NCBI RefSeq assembly: GCF_902713615.1
Contig: NC_052165.1
Span: forward strand, 70,571,480 to 70,635,479
Direction: 5' to 3'
DNA: 64,000 bases
DNA from: Scyliorhinus canicula
Lineage: Eukaryota
This document shows, piece by piece, positions 63,131-64,000 of this stretch. The position numbers and the translations under genes are program-made. The notes under the pieces are model-generated. The model was not told the DNA's origin. It did not search any database and saw only the letters and a list, made by a program, of their open reading frames with translations. The first letter of the stretch is position 1. Every line of letters begins with the position of its first letter.

Positions 63131-63144
63131 GTCGCTATGGAGAC
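63131..63144. promoter_or_regulatory. RFX X-box motif GTCGCTATGGAGAC
   Basis: Imperfect 14-bp palindrome resembling the GTTGCCATGGCAAC-type X-box, in non-repeat DNA ~195 bp upstream of the exon. Confidence 0.55.
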
Positions 63145-63339
63145 AGACCCAAGTTGCAACACATCAGATTTCGGGCATGATCCATCATGTTCCTAGTTAG
63201 GATCTTAGTTTATTCTTTGTATGTTGAATTTTGATGAGTGGCTTCACAGTTCTGGCGGAAGTCAGTTATGGGCCAGCAAATACAATACGGCAATCAAATA
63301 CTTCTCTCTGTCTCATTGCTTGCACCCTTTCTCCATTAG

Positions 63340-63423
63340 CCCGTCCCAAGGAAAGCCACCGGTCAGCATCACCACTTCGAAAAGCCACCCGGGACGACCT
63401 ACAAGATCCAACCCAAGCAGCAT
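63340..63423 (+). CDS. 84-nt internal exon of an unidentified host gene
   Basis: Long pyrimidine tract ending ccattag|, donor CAT|GTGAGT, length divisible by 3, locally raised GC/CpG, no stop codon in any + frame. Confidence 0.72.
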
Positions 63424-64000
63424 GTGAGTATTTGACATACCAGGACAAGCATGCACTCTTCAGTGCACTGGAAGGACTCCGGCTGCTCCTTCCATTAACG
63501 TGTCTGAACCAGTTACTGTAAACCATTTCAGCCTCAATCTATTGCTTTCTTATTTTATTTCTTTAACTGCTTGCAGAGTTAACAGTTCAATGAAAAGATT
63601 TTATCAGAGGAAGGAGGTTATTGTGTAGCTATTGTGCTCCAGGTAGACCTCAGTGTTTTTAAATTGTGGAAATGCTTTCAACTGACACTTTAAAATTGTA
63701 CATGTATTTTGACAGTGTTTTGAAAACTTTGACAATTGAACAGGAAGATTTACCATCACCAAATATTTGGGTTGTCCGAGGTGTAATAAAGAGTAGTTGA
63801 CTTTATAAACAAAATTGCCAAGTGTAAATGTTCAGCCATGAAAGTTGAATCTAAAATGTCTATGCGTTGTGCATAATTTTATGGCAGACCACATCATCTC
63901 ATAAAGACGAGTGAAACAAATGTTTTTCCAGACTACAGAGAATGCTGGTAACACTCACCGGGGTCTGACAGCACCTGAGAGGAGAGAAAGTCAATGACCT

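Overview
Eukaryotic, repeat-dominated vertebrate DNA. The repeat content (HE1/V-SINE-like tRNA SINEs, DeuSINE-like SINEs, CR1 and L1 LINEs, GC-rich inverted-repeat MITEs) points to a cartilaginous fish, probably a catshark-like shark (inference). Most of the window is nested, decayed transposon sequence, and nearly all ORFs in the track are repeat-derived or spurious. The window looks like intron sequence of a large + strand gene that I cannot name: there is one well-supported 84-nt internal exon (63340-63423), preceded by an RFX X-box, and one candidate 6-nt microexon (41362-41367). Highlights: (1) a heavily decayed, apparently intronless multi-Ig / TM / TIR-SEFIR-like receptor relic at ~0.98-2.3 kb, IL-1R-like with a duplicated domain; (2) a young, internally deleted Gypsy element whose primer-binding site copies 40 nt of tRNA-Ser and is fused directly to the integrase core; (3) modular SINEs that share heads but swap tails, with matching changes in TSD length; (4) a Tigger4/MER46-like MITE, a hAT MITE, solo LTRs and CpG-rich Harbinger-like MITEs. 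No rRNA, intact tRNA gene, CRISPR or prokaryotic features were seen. Family names come from recalled consensus features, not database searches. Boundaries of old repeats are approximate.
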